Both the position numbers and the translations under genes were made by a program. A DNA stretch of 32,000 bases. Origin: Pseudoalteromonas tetraodonis. GTDB lineage: Bacteria; Pseudomonadota; Gammaproteobacteria; Enterobacterales; Alteromonadaceae. The notes below the pieces were generated by a model that worked only from the letters and a program-made list of their open reading frames with translations, was not told the origin of the DNA and made no database searches. The stretch is from contig NZ_CP011041.1 of assembly GCF_002310835.1 (NCBI RefSeq), positions 1,410,001-1,442,000 on the forward strand. Reading direction: 5' to 3'. This document shows positions 16,515 through 25,989 of this stretch, one piece after another. Within the stretch, counting starts at the first letter, position 1, and every line of letters starts with the position of its first letter.

Positions 16515-17765
16515 ATGACAATTAAAACAGTTTCAGTTGTTGGTTTAGGCTATATAGGTTTACCAACTGCAGCGGTTATTGCATCGCGTGGTATGAAAGT
16601 AATTGGTTTAGACGTAAGCGAAAAAGCAGTTAATACCATTAATGCCGGTGAAATACACATAGTAGAGCCTGATCTCGACATAATAGTTCGTGGCGTAGTA
16701 TCTACTGGTAATTTAAGAGCGACTACAACGCCAGAAAAAGCCGACGCGTTTATGGTAGCTGTACCTACACCATTTATTCACAGCGAAAGTGGTAACCACA
16801 GTGCCGACTTAAGCTATATTGAATCGGCTGCAAAAATGATTGCCCCAGTGCTTGAAAAAGGTAACTTAGTTATTTTAGAAAGCACCTCACCTGTAGGTGC
16901 AACGGAGCAGCTAGCTGCTTGGTTAAGTGAAGCGCGCCCTGACTTAACATTCCCACAAGATAAAGGTGATGCCGCCGACATTAACATTGCGCATTGCCCA
17001 GAACGTGTATTACCAGGTTATGTATTACAAGAGCTTGTATCAAACGACCGCGTTATAGGTGGTATGAGCAAAGCATGTAGCGAAAAAGCGGTTAAGTTAT
17101 ATGAAACTTTCGTGCGCGGCGAGTGTATTATTACTAATGCCCGTACCGCTGAAATGGCTAAGTTAACCGAAAACTCATTTCGCGATGTAAACATTGCCTT
17201 TGCCAATGAATTGTCGGTCATTTGTGACAAATTAAAAATTAATGTATGGGAGCTTATTAAGCTTGCTAACCGTCATCCGCGTGTAAATATTTTAAACCCA
17301 GGCCCAGGTGTTGGTGGCCATTGTATTGCGGTTGACCCTTGGTTTATTGTTGCAAGCTGCCCAGACGAAGCAAAAATAATTAAACAAGCGCGCTTAACTA
17401 ACGACGCAAAACCATTTTACGTAATTGAAAAAGTAGCAAAAGCCGCTGATGAATTTAAACGTCCAGTAATTGCATGTTTAGGCCTTTCATTTAAAGCCGA
17501 TATTGACGATCTTCGTGAAAGTCCGGCATTAAATATTGTTGAAGAATTAGCAGCAAAAAATATTGGTGAAATACTTGCGGTAGAGCCAAACATTTCAGAG
17601 CTACCAGCCAACCTTGCAGATAAAAATGTTAGCTTAGTATCGCTAGAAAGCGCACTAGAGCAAGCAAACGTCGTTGTAGTATTAGTTGATCATAAACAAT
17701 TTAAAGCAGCAGATAAAACAGAGTTTGCTTCAAAGGTTGTTATTGATACTCGTGGGATCTTATAA
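16515..17765 (+). CDS. wecC: UDP-N-acetyl-D-mannosamine dehydrogenase
   Basis: N-terminal Rossmann VSVVGLGYIGLPTA, catalytic-Cys region GPGVGGHCIAVDPWF, about 416 aa. It sits directly after wecB. Confidence 0.85.
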   Translation: MTIKTVSVVGLGYIGLPTAAVIASRGMKVIGLDVSEKAVNTINAGEIHIVEPDLDIIVRGVVSTGNLRATTTPEKADAFMVAVPTPFIHSESGNHSADLSYIESAAKMIAPVLEKGNLVILESTSPVGATEQLAAWLSEARPDLTFPQDKGDAADINIAHCPERVLPGYVLQELVSNDRVIGGMSKACSEKAVKLYETFVRGECIITNARTAEMAKLTENSFRDVNIAFANELSVICDKLKINVWELIKLANRHPRVNILNPGPGVGGHCIAVDPWFIVASCPDEAKIIKQARLTNDAKPFYVIEKVAKAADEFKRPVIACLGLSFKADIDDLRESPALNIVEELAAKNIGEILAVEPNISELPANLADKNVSLVSLESALEQANVVVVLVDHKQFKAADKTEFASKVVIDTRGIL

Positions 17766-17971
17766 GAGAAAATATTTATAGTTATAGGCTCATTTAGATC
17801 AATAAAGTCCTTATTTAGAGCACTGCGAGGTGCTCATTGAAGTTTCTAAAAGTTATCGGCGAATTTTTTAGCTCAATTAAATAATATTATAAAAATATTT
17901 GTAACAATTATTATGGTTGGCGTATTAAATCAATAGTTAAGCCGAACCTTATTATAAAAGGAATACTAATA

Positions 17972-19309
17972 ATGTTCACAAGCAAAGCTTACACCTTAAG
18001 CCCGGTCATAGTGCAGAGTTTAATGTTAAGTGTAAGAGCTTTTTTACGAAAAAGGTTGAGGGAAAACAAAAGCTGCGAGCAATTTACTGATATTTTAATC
18101 AGTCATGATTATAGTGAAGTGCTCCTTAGAGGTTATTCACAGCATAAATTAGAACAAGTATTAACAGAAGCTAGTAAAAACACCCTGTATTACAAAAATT
18201 TTGGAACGAATATTAGTAGTTACCCTTTTATTGATAAAATAGAAGTAAATAGAAAGGAAGAACAATTTTTATCAAAAAATAGTAAAGGGATTTCTATAAA
18301 AGGCAGTACAAGTGGCACTACTGGTTCACCTTTGTCTGTACCTCAGAATATGAAATCTGTTATTGCAGAACAAGCATTTATAAATAGAATGATGCATTGG
18401 GCGGGTGCGAAAGCAAAAGATAAAAGAGCATGGATAAGAGGCGATATGATAGTACCTCTTACTCAAAAGAAAGGGCCGTTTTGGCGTTACTCTTATTTCG
18501 AAAATATGATTATGCTTTCATCGTTTCATATGGCAAATAAAAATTTACAGTCATACATAAATGCGATGGTTGATTTTGGTGTGCAAGTTATTCAGGCCTA
18601 TCCTTCTTCTATAGTGACTCTAGCTAAATATTTAGAAGTGAATAATCAATATTACCCAGGAAACTTAAAGTCTATTATTACTTCATCTGAATCACTAACA
18701 AAAGAAGATAAGCTGCTTATTGAAACACGCTTTAAATGTACTGTCTTTGATTGGTATGGTTTATTTGAACGTGTAGCTGCTATTGCAAGCTGTGAGTATG
18801 GTAGATACCACATATTGACAGATTACTCCTATGTAGAGTTCCTTCCAGCAAATAAAACTGAAGATGAGCGGGAAAGAGCTGAAATAGTGGGCACTAACTT
18901 TAACAATTCTCTCTATCCATTAATACGATATAAAACAGGCGATCACGTTGTATTCTCAAATGAAACTTCTTGCCCTTGTGGACGAGTTCATCCAATAGTA
19001 GATTCAATAGAAGGGCGAATTGGGGACTATTTGATAGGTGAAGATGGACAAAAAGTATACATATTAAATCATATACCTAAAGGAGTTAATGGATTAATAG
19101 CTTTGCAGTTTGTTCAGGTCATTAAAGGTGAAATCACCATTCGAGTTGTTACAGACAACAATCTATTTGATGAAAAACAACGCCTAATTTTAATAAATAA
19201 TGCAAAAGATAAACTTGGTGAGTCAATTACTTTTTCTATAGACGAAGTAAGTGCTATCCCAAGAACTAAAAACGGCAAAATACGACAAGCGATTTGTTCT
19301 CTACAATAA
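17972..19309 (+). CDS. CapK-like adenylate-forming enzyme (phenylacetate-CoA ligase / F390 synthetase family)
   Basis: ANL-type motif GSTSGTTGSPLSVP, YRTGD-like YKTGDHV, and a C-terminal Lys region (PRTKNGKIR). AAGGAA precedes the ATG. Confidence 0.7.
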   Translation: MFTSKAYTLSPVIVQSLMLSVRAFLRKRLRENKSCEQFTDILISHDYSEVLLRGYSQHKLEQVLTEASKNTLYYKNFGTNISSYPFIDKIEVNRKEEQFLSKNSKGISIKGSTSGTTGSPLSVPQNMKSVIAEQAFINRMMHWAGAKAKDKRAWIRGDMIVPLTQKKGPFWRYSYFENMIMLSSFHMANKNLQSYINAMVDFGVQVIQAYPSSIVTLAKYLEVNNQYYPGNLKSIITSSESLTKEDKLLIETRFKCTVFDWYGLFERVAAIASCEYGRYHILTDYSYVEFLPANKTEDERERAEIVGTNFNNSLYPLIRYKTGDHVVFSNETSCPCGRVHPIVDSIEGRIGDYLIGEDGQKVYILNHIPKGVNGLIALQFVQVIKGEITIRVVTDNNLFDEKQRLILINNAKDKLGESITFSIDEVSAIPRTKNGKIRQAICSLQ

Positions 19310-19317
19310 GGATAATT

Positions 19318-20454
19318 ATGAGACTTACTTACCCTATCAAGCATAGACTTCTGGATCACATCCGTTTTTTTTATCACGTTTTGACGAATGAACGTATGAA
19401 AGAGCATTTTAGACGGTTTAAAACGACATTAAATAAAAAACCTAAATCTGTTATAAAAAATGAGTTAAAGCAACTTCGAGATTATTGGTCTTGTATACCA
19501 ACACAGTATTATACCCATGATTTTTACTCGTTAGATTGCGATTTAACTATGGAAGAAATGAAAAAATATATACCTTCATACTACTTCTACAAAGTTATTT
19601 TCCCTCAATACGACAATGTAAAAGCTGTGATACCACTTATTGAAAATAAAATTACAATGAATCAGTTATTTAGTCGTATAGGCTTGCAACAGTCAAATAT
19701 TGTAGTGGTCAAAAGAAACGAAAAGTTAACAAGCTTTAATAATAAAAATTTGACGACAGAGAGTATCGATGAATTATTCAAAAATCTTACCTGTAGTAAG
19801 TTGTTTATCAAGCCTGTTATGGGAAGAGGTGGTAAAGGGATAATTATCGCAAAACGTGTAAGTGAAAGTTATGAATATAACGAAGAAAAGATAACGTATA
19901 ATTATTTGCAGGCCTTAAAAGGTGATTATGTAGTCGAATCTGCTATTGAGCAACATAGTTATTTAAATTCTATCTATCCTAATAGTGTAAATACGTTAAG
20001 AGCAATCACTGTTAGGAATAATAATGGTACGGTAGATTTTATCGCCGCTACCTTAAGAATGGGGGTTGGCGGTAATCAAGTAGATAACAGCTCTGCTGGT
20101 GGGTTATTAATCGGTATTGATTTAAATACAGGTATGGGTTTAAAGCCTTACGCGACATATGAGTACGGTATAGAAAAATTTGAGAAGCATCCAGATACTG
20201 GTTTTAGTTTTTTTGACTTACGAATACCTAATTGGGAGTGTACCAAAAACGAGATAATAAGCGCGGCAAAAAAATTGACGCAATTAAATCTTGTTGGTTG
20301 GGACATAGCAATAACGCAAAAAGAAATAGTTATAATTGAAGCAAATACACTTTTTGGTCTTGATCACACACAAGCAGGCATTGGTGGCATGAAAGATTTT
20401 TTTGTTAATAACGATCCAAAAAACTTAAAAAACATCCATAACTTCAAAGGATAA
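19318..20454 (+). CDS. ATP-grasp enzyme (sugar-transfer-associated ATP-grasp-like)
   Basis: KLFIKPVMGRGGKGIIIA, LRMGVGGNQVDNSSAGGLLIGID and IIEANTLFGLD resemble ATP-grasp ligases. The ATG at 19318 with AAGGA upstream is preferred over the overlapping ATG at 19294. Confidence 0.6.
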   Translation: MRLTYPIKHRLLDHIRFFYHVLTNERMKEHFRRFKTTLNKKPKSVIKNELKQLRDYWSCIPTQYYTHDFYSLDCDLTMEEMKKYIPSYYFYKVIFPQYDNVKAVIPLIENKITMNQLFSRIGLQQSNIVVVKRNEKLTSFNNKNLTTESIDELFKNLTCSKLFIKPVMGRGGKGIIIAKRVSESYEYNEEKITYNYLQALKGDYVVESAIEQHSYLNSIYPNSVNTLRAITVRNNNGTVDFIAATLRMGVGGNQVDNSSAGGLLIGIDLNTGMGLKPYATYEYGIEKFEKHPDTGFSFFDLRIPNWECTKNEIISAAKKLTQLNLVGWDIAITQKEIVIIEANTLFGLDHTQAGIGGMKDFFVNNDPKNLKNIHNFKG

Positions 20455-20706
20455 GTAGTATTTACTTTATACTAAATACATAGTTCGAGTTATTTAAAAC
20501 TCTTTAACATAATAAAAACTGTTAATTTCATATTGTGCTTTTTGCGTTTTAATAAAAATTGCACTCCCAATTTGTGGGCTTGAGTATTAATAAATATTTT
20601 TAAAATAATTTATTTCTATGGCCTGCTGCTAAAGCTTAGGCAATCTCATAGATATTAAGTAAGTAAGTAAATAAAATATGTTGATAACTTCCAGGATTAA
20701 AATTTG

Positions 20707-21900
20707 ATGTTTAAAAGGTTAACGGTTTTGATAAGCACAGGTTTACCTGGGTTAATCAGACTTCTAGTTTTTTTAGTAGTTGAGACAGAATACAACTTGA
20801 TTGACTTTGGTCACTTCGCTAGTGATTTATCGTTAGTTCAATTGATTTCATTTTTTACAGCTATAAGCTGGGCTGCCTTGGTGATGACAACAGTAACGCA
20901 ATCGGAGCAACCTGAAAGAGCTTTGTTTAAAGTTATGAATACTGGTGTTGTATATCTTTTGCTATTTTGCTTAATCCCTTTTGTGTTGTATAAATTGGAT
21001 ATAATAAAAGATTCTTTAGGGACAATCTGTTTTATTGTTGGATGGATGTTTTATCAAATATCAAGACACTACATCATTACAAAAAAAGAATTTACACGGA
21101 TAATAATATTTGACTCATTAAATTTATTGTTATTTATTATTGTTTTATTTTTAGGTGTTACTCCACTAATAGCGCTAACTTTATCACATCTAACCTTTGT
21201 AGTTTTTAATTTACCTAAACTTAAACACTATAGTTTAAGCTTAGTGACAATTGAACAACAGCTAAATGGTCTTAAAAATGGCCTAAGTACATTTTTACTT
21301 GGATTAGGTGTTTATAGCCTCCCTGTGATTTTTGGGCTTGTTTTAGGTGCTGAATATTCAGTGCTAATGGGGTTATCCACATCTTTGCTAATTATGATTC
21401 AATTAGTTCCTCGCTCTATTAGTGCATATTTTCTTCCAACTATCTCTAAAACATTACTGTCTGATAAGACGTTTGCGTTAAAAATGCATCGACAACAAGT
21501 ATTTTATACAATTATATCGACTGCTTTATTATCTGCGTTAGGGATTATTTTTGTATATTTTGTTTATAAATTAGCCATTTTTGAGGTTGTATTAATTGAT
21601 GGAGCTTTGAGTTTAATTTTCCTCCTTTTGTTTAATATTGTCATTACAGTTTTGGCATTTCCCTTTAGTGATCTACTGATGTCACATGGCAATTTTAAAG
21701 TCAATTTAACAGGTAGCTTTATTTACTCACTGGTAGTTACTGCTGCGCTTATTTTATTTTTAATTTATGGAGACAATACTTTACATGCAACACTGCTAAT
21801 GGTTGCATACTCGTTTTCTGGCTGTATGCGTTTTTTATATGTATTTCATAATGCTAGAAAGCTTCTATTCATAGGGAAAAGTGAGTTACTAAATGCTTGA
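20707..21900 (+). CDS. polytopic membrane protein, probable Wzx-type repeat-unit flippase
   Basis: About 397 aa and almost entirely hydrophobic helices. It lies just upstream of, and overlaps, the Wzy-like gene in a glycan locus. I recognised no diagnostic motif by eye. Confidence 0.45.
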   Translation: MFKRLTVLISTGLPGLIRLLVFLVVETEYNLIDFGHFASDLSLVQLISFFTAISWAALVMTTVTQSEQPERALFKVMNTGVVYLLLFCLIPFVLYKLDIIKDSLGTICFIVGWMFYQISRHYIITKKEFTRIIIFDSLNLLLFIIVLFLGVTPLIALTLSHLTFVVFNLPKLKHYSLSLVTIEQQLNGLKNGLSTFLLGLGVYSLPVIFGLVLGAEYSVLMGLSTSLLIMIQLVPRSISAYFLPTISKTLLSDKTFALKMHRQQVFYTIISTALLSALGIIFVYFVYKLAIFEVVLIDGALSLIFLLLFNIVITVLAFPFSDLLMSHGNFKVNLTGSFIYSLVVTAALILFLIYGDNTLHATLLMVAYSFSGCMRFLYVFHNARKLLFIGKSELLNA

Positions 21901-23128
21901 TATAAAAAACTTTAAAGCTAAAATTTTCCTTGTATTCTTAATAACACTTACATTATTACCTAATTTAATTAGGGATATGAAAGTACTTTTGGTTTTCTTT
22001 TTCTTAGCATTAGTATTAGCTTTCGAATTGATCCGGAAAGGCTTTCCAAAAAATAACTCTTTGATATATCTTTTTTTATTTTCTAGTCTGTGTTTGATCT
22101 ATGCGCTCTTCTCTTGGTTTTTTGGAAACTGGACTTATTTATACGAATTTGATCACCGCTATGTATTTCGGCAGGCTTACTTTGCTGTGATGGCACCTAT
22201 TTTTTTACTTGCTACTATCCAGATTTCAAAAGGCCTTGGTACAGACTTTTACAACTTTATAGCTAAAAACAGTATGAAATTGTTATTGGTTATATTTATG
22301 TTGGATATTATAACAGCCTTTCTTTTTGGCGATCCCCGCTTTTATTTTTATAACAATTACACATATCATCTTGATAAAGGATTTATTTGGCTTTTTGTCG
22401 CATTTTTAAGCTTTCATAGTATTTTTTGTACGAATAATGCCTCGGGTGTTACTTTGGTTGTTATATTAGGATTTGTTGCGCAAAATGTTGTTGGTTATGG
22501 AACTATGTTTACTGCAGCTACTGGACAAACTGTATTTGTTTTAATATTACTTAACTACTTCGTTTTACAGTTAACTAAAAAAGTTAAACTTTGCTATTTA
22601 ATGAACTTATCCGCTTTAGTCGCAGTAATTCTTTTTGTTTTAATTACTCCGTTTTTTTCTGATCTATTTATAAATGATTTAAATACTTATTGGCGACTTG
22701 AATCTTGGTATAAAAATATTTCTGCAGTGGCGTCAAATTTAGGTTTTGGCAGTGGCTTTGGAGTTTCATACTTTCCAATAACTCATGATGTAGTAGATGA
22801 AGCATACAAGGCTTATAGTCCAGAAGCTACCGGTGGTGGATTGTTAGATCAACTTTTTGTTCGAGGTCAGCACTCATCTATCATTAATGTGTTGTTTCGA
22901 ACTGGTGTTTTAGGCTTACTACTATTTCTTTGTTTTATTGGTAGTGCAATGTTTAACCTCAGGAAATATATGAATAGTAGGATAACATTTGCTGTACCTG
23001 TTGCAATATGCGCCGTGTTTAATGTTGCAACACATGTTGGATTAGAATCGCCACCTTTCATGATTAGCTTTTCGATAGCTTTCGGTTACCTAGTTAGCGT
23101 AAGTTGGAGTCGTAATAAGTATTTTTAA
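21893..23128 (+). CDS. polytopic membrane protein, probable Wzy-type polymerase (Wzy_C-like)
   Basis: 411 aa with many TM segments. It has a periplasmic-loop motif RGQHSSIINVLFRTGVLGLLLF that resembles the Wzy_C His motif. It overlaps the upstream gene by 8 nt. Confidence 0.55.
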   Translation: MLDIKNFKAKIFLVFLITLTLLPNLIRDMKVLLVFFFLALVLAFELIRKGFPKNNSLIYLFLFSSLCLIYALFSWFFGNWTYLYEFDHRYVFRQAYFAVMAPIFLLATIQISKGLGTDFYNFIAKNSMKLLLVIFMLDIITAFLFGDPRFYFYNNYTYHLDKGFIWLFVAFLSFHSIFCTNNASGVTLVVILGFVAQNVVGYGTMFTAATGQTVFVLILLNYFVLQLTKKVKLCYLMNLSALVAVILFVLITPFFSDLFINDLNTYWRLESWYKNISAVASNLGFGSGFGVSYFPITHDVVDEAYKAYSPEATGGGLLDQLFVRGQHSSIINVLFRTGVLGLLLFLCFIGSAMFNLRKYMNSRITFAVPVAICAVFNVATHVGLESPPFMISFSIAFGYLVSVSWSRNKYF

Positions 23129-23467
23129 CTAATTGTAAATAGATTTTTAAATGGTTGGGAGTTTAGTGTTTTTAGAATTAAAACTATTGGTCTATGTGCA
23201 CAAGAAATATCTACTTGTTGTAAAAGGAAAATAAACGAAAAAACTATCAAAAATTTAAAGCTCCTAAACAAAGTGATTTATAAAGGGGGTTAAAAAATCG
23301 TTCTTAGATAAAAAAACAACGTTTGAGTAAATGAAATGATAGAAAAGAGAAATACCCATTTAGAGCCTTTATAGTTATTCAATTCCAAGAGCTTTGAAGG
23401 TTTAGGCAGTTAGGCCTGCTATTATTCACATAGTAAAAATATTATTTCATGTGAATAATCAATATTA

Positions 23468-23938
23468 ATGTACAAAGGTAGTATGATGAATTTAATAAAC
23501 TTTTATAATTTTGGGCATTGGGCACATAAAAAAAATATTCCACTAATACAACCGATAATTAAAATTATGATTTTTATCTTATTTAATTCTGTTGTGCCCA
23601 GCTCAGTAAGAATTGGTAAGCGTAGCCGTTTTATGTATGGTGGTATAGGCTGCGTAATACATAAAAAAGCCATAATTGGTGAGCGCGTATGTATAGGACA
23701 AGGGATCACAATAGGTAGAAAACTTAGAGAATCTTGCCCAGTGATTGGAAACGATGTTTATATAGGTGCAGGTTCTCGAATTTTAGGTGATATAACCATA
23801 GGTGATAACGTTATAATTGGTGCTAATTCAGTTGTTGTAAGTGATATCCCTTCAAATTCAATTGTAGCAGGGTCTCCTGGTAAAGTGTTAAAGAAAATTG
23901 ATAAGTCAATCTGGGATGAGCTAGGTGAAATTTTATGA
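23468..23938 (+). CDS. hexapeptide-repeat (LbH) O-acetyltransferase, serine-acetyltransferase-like
   Basis: Left-handed beta-helix repeats IGERVCIGQGITIG, IGNDVYIGAGSRILGDITIGDNVIIGANSVV and AGSPGKV. The start could instead be the ATG at 23483 or 23486. Confidence 0.8.
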   Translation: MYKGSMMNLINFYNFGHWAHKKNIPLIQPIIKIMIFILFNSVVPSSVRIGKRSRFMYGGIGCVIHKKAIIGERVCIGQGITIGRKLRESCPVIGNDVYIGAGSRILGDITIGDNVIIGANSVVVSDIPSNSIVAGSPGKVLKKIDKSIWDELGEIL

Positions 23939-25131
23939 CAGATAGCATACAAGTCATAACTAAAAAATTAATACGTGACGTAAGAAAATTAAATTACGCA
24001 GGACAGGATCCTTTTGATGGACTCAATAGTAAGTTTTTTAATTGTTTTCCTCGTTTTAAAAAAGGGTTGGTTGGTCTGGCGTGGATACAGTTACATAAGC
24101 GTTCTGCAATAAACTTAAGGTTCTTATTTGGTGTGCCCAAGAAGCGAAACCCAAAAGGCATTGGTTTATTTATTTTGGGGTTCCTGGAAGACTATAAAGC
24201 CACCAATGAGCAAAAGTACTTACATGAGGCCATAGAGCTAGCTGATTGGTTGTTAACTCAGCAAAGCGATAAAACTATTTGGCAGCATAGTTGTTGGGGC
24301 TATCATTTTGATTGGAATGCCCGTGCGTTTTTTGTACCTAAAGGTAAGCCGAATGTTATTACTACTATATATGTAGCACAGGCGTTATATGCACTAAGCG
24401 AAGTTACTAATGAAAGTAAATACTTAGACCCTGCAATTGATAGTGCCCACTTTATTGTAAAAACGTTATACAAAGAATGTGATGACAGGCAATTTTTTGG
24501 CTACATACCCGGTGAAACTGCCTTTGTACATAATGCTAGTCTTTGGGGCGCAGCGTGGGTTGCTAAAGTAGCCGTACTTACTAATAACCAACACTACAAA
24601 CAGCTTGCTTTAAATGCTGCTAGACAGTCGGTAAGCGAGCAGGGGGCTGATGGCTCATGGGTATATGGAACTCGCCATCATCACCAGTTTATTGATGGCT
24701 TTCATACCGGTTATAACCTAGAAGCGTTGCGTTTACTGAGCGATGAGTTACAAACGGATGAGTTTGAGGATGCAATTGCAAAAGGCCTTATTTATTATAA
24801 AGCGCATTTGTTTGAGCAAGATGGTACCGCAAAATATTACAACAATAACCGTTACCCACTAGATATGCATAGTGTGTCGCAGGCTGTTTTTACGCTATTG
24901 AAAGTAGGTAAGACACCAGATGACTTTGCGATGGCCGAAAAAGTAATAAACCGCGCTATTCAAACCTTGTATATGCCTAAAAAGCAGCGTTTTATTTATC
25001 AAAAAAACAAGTACTTCACTAATAAGGTTAATTACATACGTTGGACGCAAGCATGGGTTTATTATTCGTTTGCTTATTTTAATCATTACAAAATAAATAG
25101 TACTACTAGCAAAAATGTTGAACAACTTTAA
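23935..25131 (+). CDS. uncharacterised glycan-locus protein, possibly an (alpha/alpha)6-barrel fold
   Basis: 398 aa in a long ORF, with ATGA start/stop coupling to the acetyltransferase. Motifs are DPFDGLNS, WGYHFDWNARAFFVPKGKPNVITT, HNASLWGA, DGSWVYG and FIDGFHTGYNLEAL. The fold assignment is my recollection of similar proteins, not a computed result. Confidence 0.55.
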   Translation: MTDSIQVITKKLIRDVRKLNYAGQDPFDGLNSKFFNCFPRFKKGLVGLAWIQLHKRSAINLRFLFGVPKKRNPKGIGLFILGFLEDYKATNEQKYLHEAIELADWLLTQQSDKTIWQHSCWGYHFDWNARAFFVPKGKPNVITTIYVAQALYALSEVTNESKYLDPAIDSAHFIVKTLYKECDDRQFFGYIPGETAFVHNASLWGAAWVAKVAVLTNNQHYKQLALNAARQSVSEQGADGSWVYGTRHHHQFIDGFHTGYNLEALRLLSDELQTDEFEDAIAKGLIYYKAHLFEQDGTAKYYNNNRYPLDMHSVSQAVFTLLKVGKTPDDFAMAEKVINRAIQTLYMPKKQRFIYQKNKYFTNKVNYIRWTQAWVYYSFAYFNHYKINSTTSKNVEQL

Positions 25132-25145
25132 AAGCGGACATTAAA

Positions 25146-25877
25146 ATGAAACGTATTGAATTTTTAAAAGCACCAATGGATATTGCCACCATGCAAGAGA
25201 CGGTGTCTTTTATTGAAAGTAGAATTGAGCAAAAGCAGTTTTTACAGCATGTTGTGGTTAATGTAGCTAAAATAGTAAATATGCAAAAAGACCCTGTTTT
25301 AGCTGAGTCGGTTAAAGCGTGTGAAGTAATTAATATTGATGGTATGGGCGTTGTTTTTGGCGCACGCTTTTTAGGACACAATGTACCAGAGCGAGTAGCT
25401 GGGGTTGACCTTTTTCATGAACTGTTATCAATGAGCGCCAAGCGCGACTTCCCTGTGTTTTTACTTGGTGCCACCGAAGAGGTGGTTAGCAAAACAGTAA
25501 GCAAAGTTAAAGCGCAGAACCCAAATTTAAACATAGCAGGTTATAACGATGGCTACTTTTGGGATGATGAAGAGGCCGTTGTCACTAAAATACGCGAGTC
25601 GGGCGCTAAGTTATTATTTGTTGCGATTACCTCGCCTAAAAAAGAAAACTTCATAAATAAGTGGCAAGACAAACTCGGTGTAGACTTTGTTATGGGAGTA
25701 GGCGGTACGTTCGATGTTGTAGCAGGTAAAGTAAAGCGTGCACCCCTGTGGATGCAAAAGGCCGGTTTAGAGTGGCTATATAGGGTAATTCAAGAACCAG
25801 GTCGAATGTGGAAACGTTACTTAATTACAAATTCTAAATTTGCATACCTTTTGATAAAAGATAAGTTTAACGGTTGA
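25146..25877 (+). CDS. WecG/TagA/CpsF-family glycosyltransferase (ManNAc/ManNAcA-type transferase)
   Basis: VVNVAKIV, INIDGMGVVFGARFLG, RVAGVDLF, FLLGA, GVGGTFDVVAGKVKRAP.WMQKAGLEWLYRVIQEPGRMWKRY. Confidence 0.85.
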   Translation: MKRIEFLKAPMDIATMQETVSFIESRIEQKQFLQHVVVNVAKIVNMQKDPVLAESVKACEVINIDGMGVVFGARFLGHNVPERVAGVDLFHELLSMSAKRDFPVFLLGATEEVVSKTVSKVKAQNPNLNIAGYNDGYFWDDEEAVVTKIRESGAKLLFVAITSPKKENFINKWQDKLGVDFVMGVGGTFDVVAGKVKRAPLWMQKAGLEWLYRVIQEPGRMWKRYLITNSKFAYLLIKDKFNG

Positions 25878-25956
25878 TATTGAGAAGCCTATTTAAAGGT
25901 ACTTATCCCCTCACACAATTCTACTATACCTCTTCAGAGATTAACGACAAAAAGAT

Positions 25957-25989
25957 AAGATTAACGTGAAATCGTTGATCTTTTCTTTT
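25957..25989 (+). terminator. rho-independent terminator after the WecG-like gene
   Basis: Stem AAGATTAACG (25957-25966), loop TGAAAT, stem CGTTGATCTT (25973-25982, one U-G pair), then TTCTTTT. Confidence 0.6.

Noticed and set aside
19294-19317. Upstream ATG for the ATP-grasp gene, overlapping the CapK-like gene
   Set aside because: The ATG at 19318 has an AAGGA RBS placed right after the upstream stop. The choice is not certain.
17766-23467. Genomic island or mobile element delimiting the low-G+C cassette
   Set aside because: I found no integrase, transposase, tRNA or flanking direct repeats. The pattern fits a recombination-exchanged glycan cassette rather than a mobile element.
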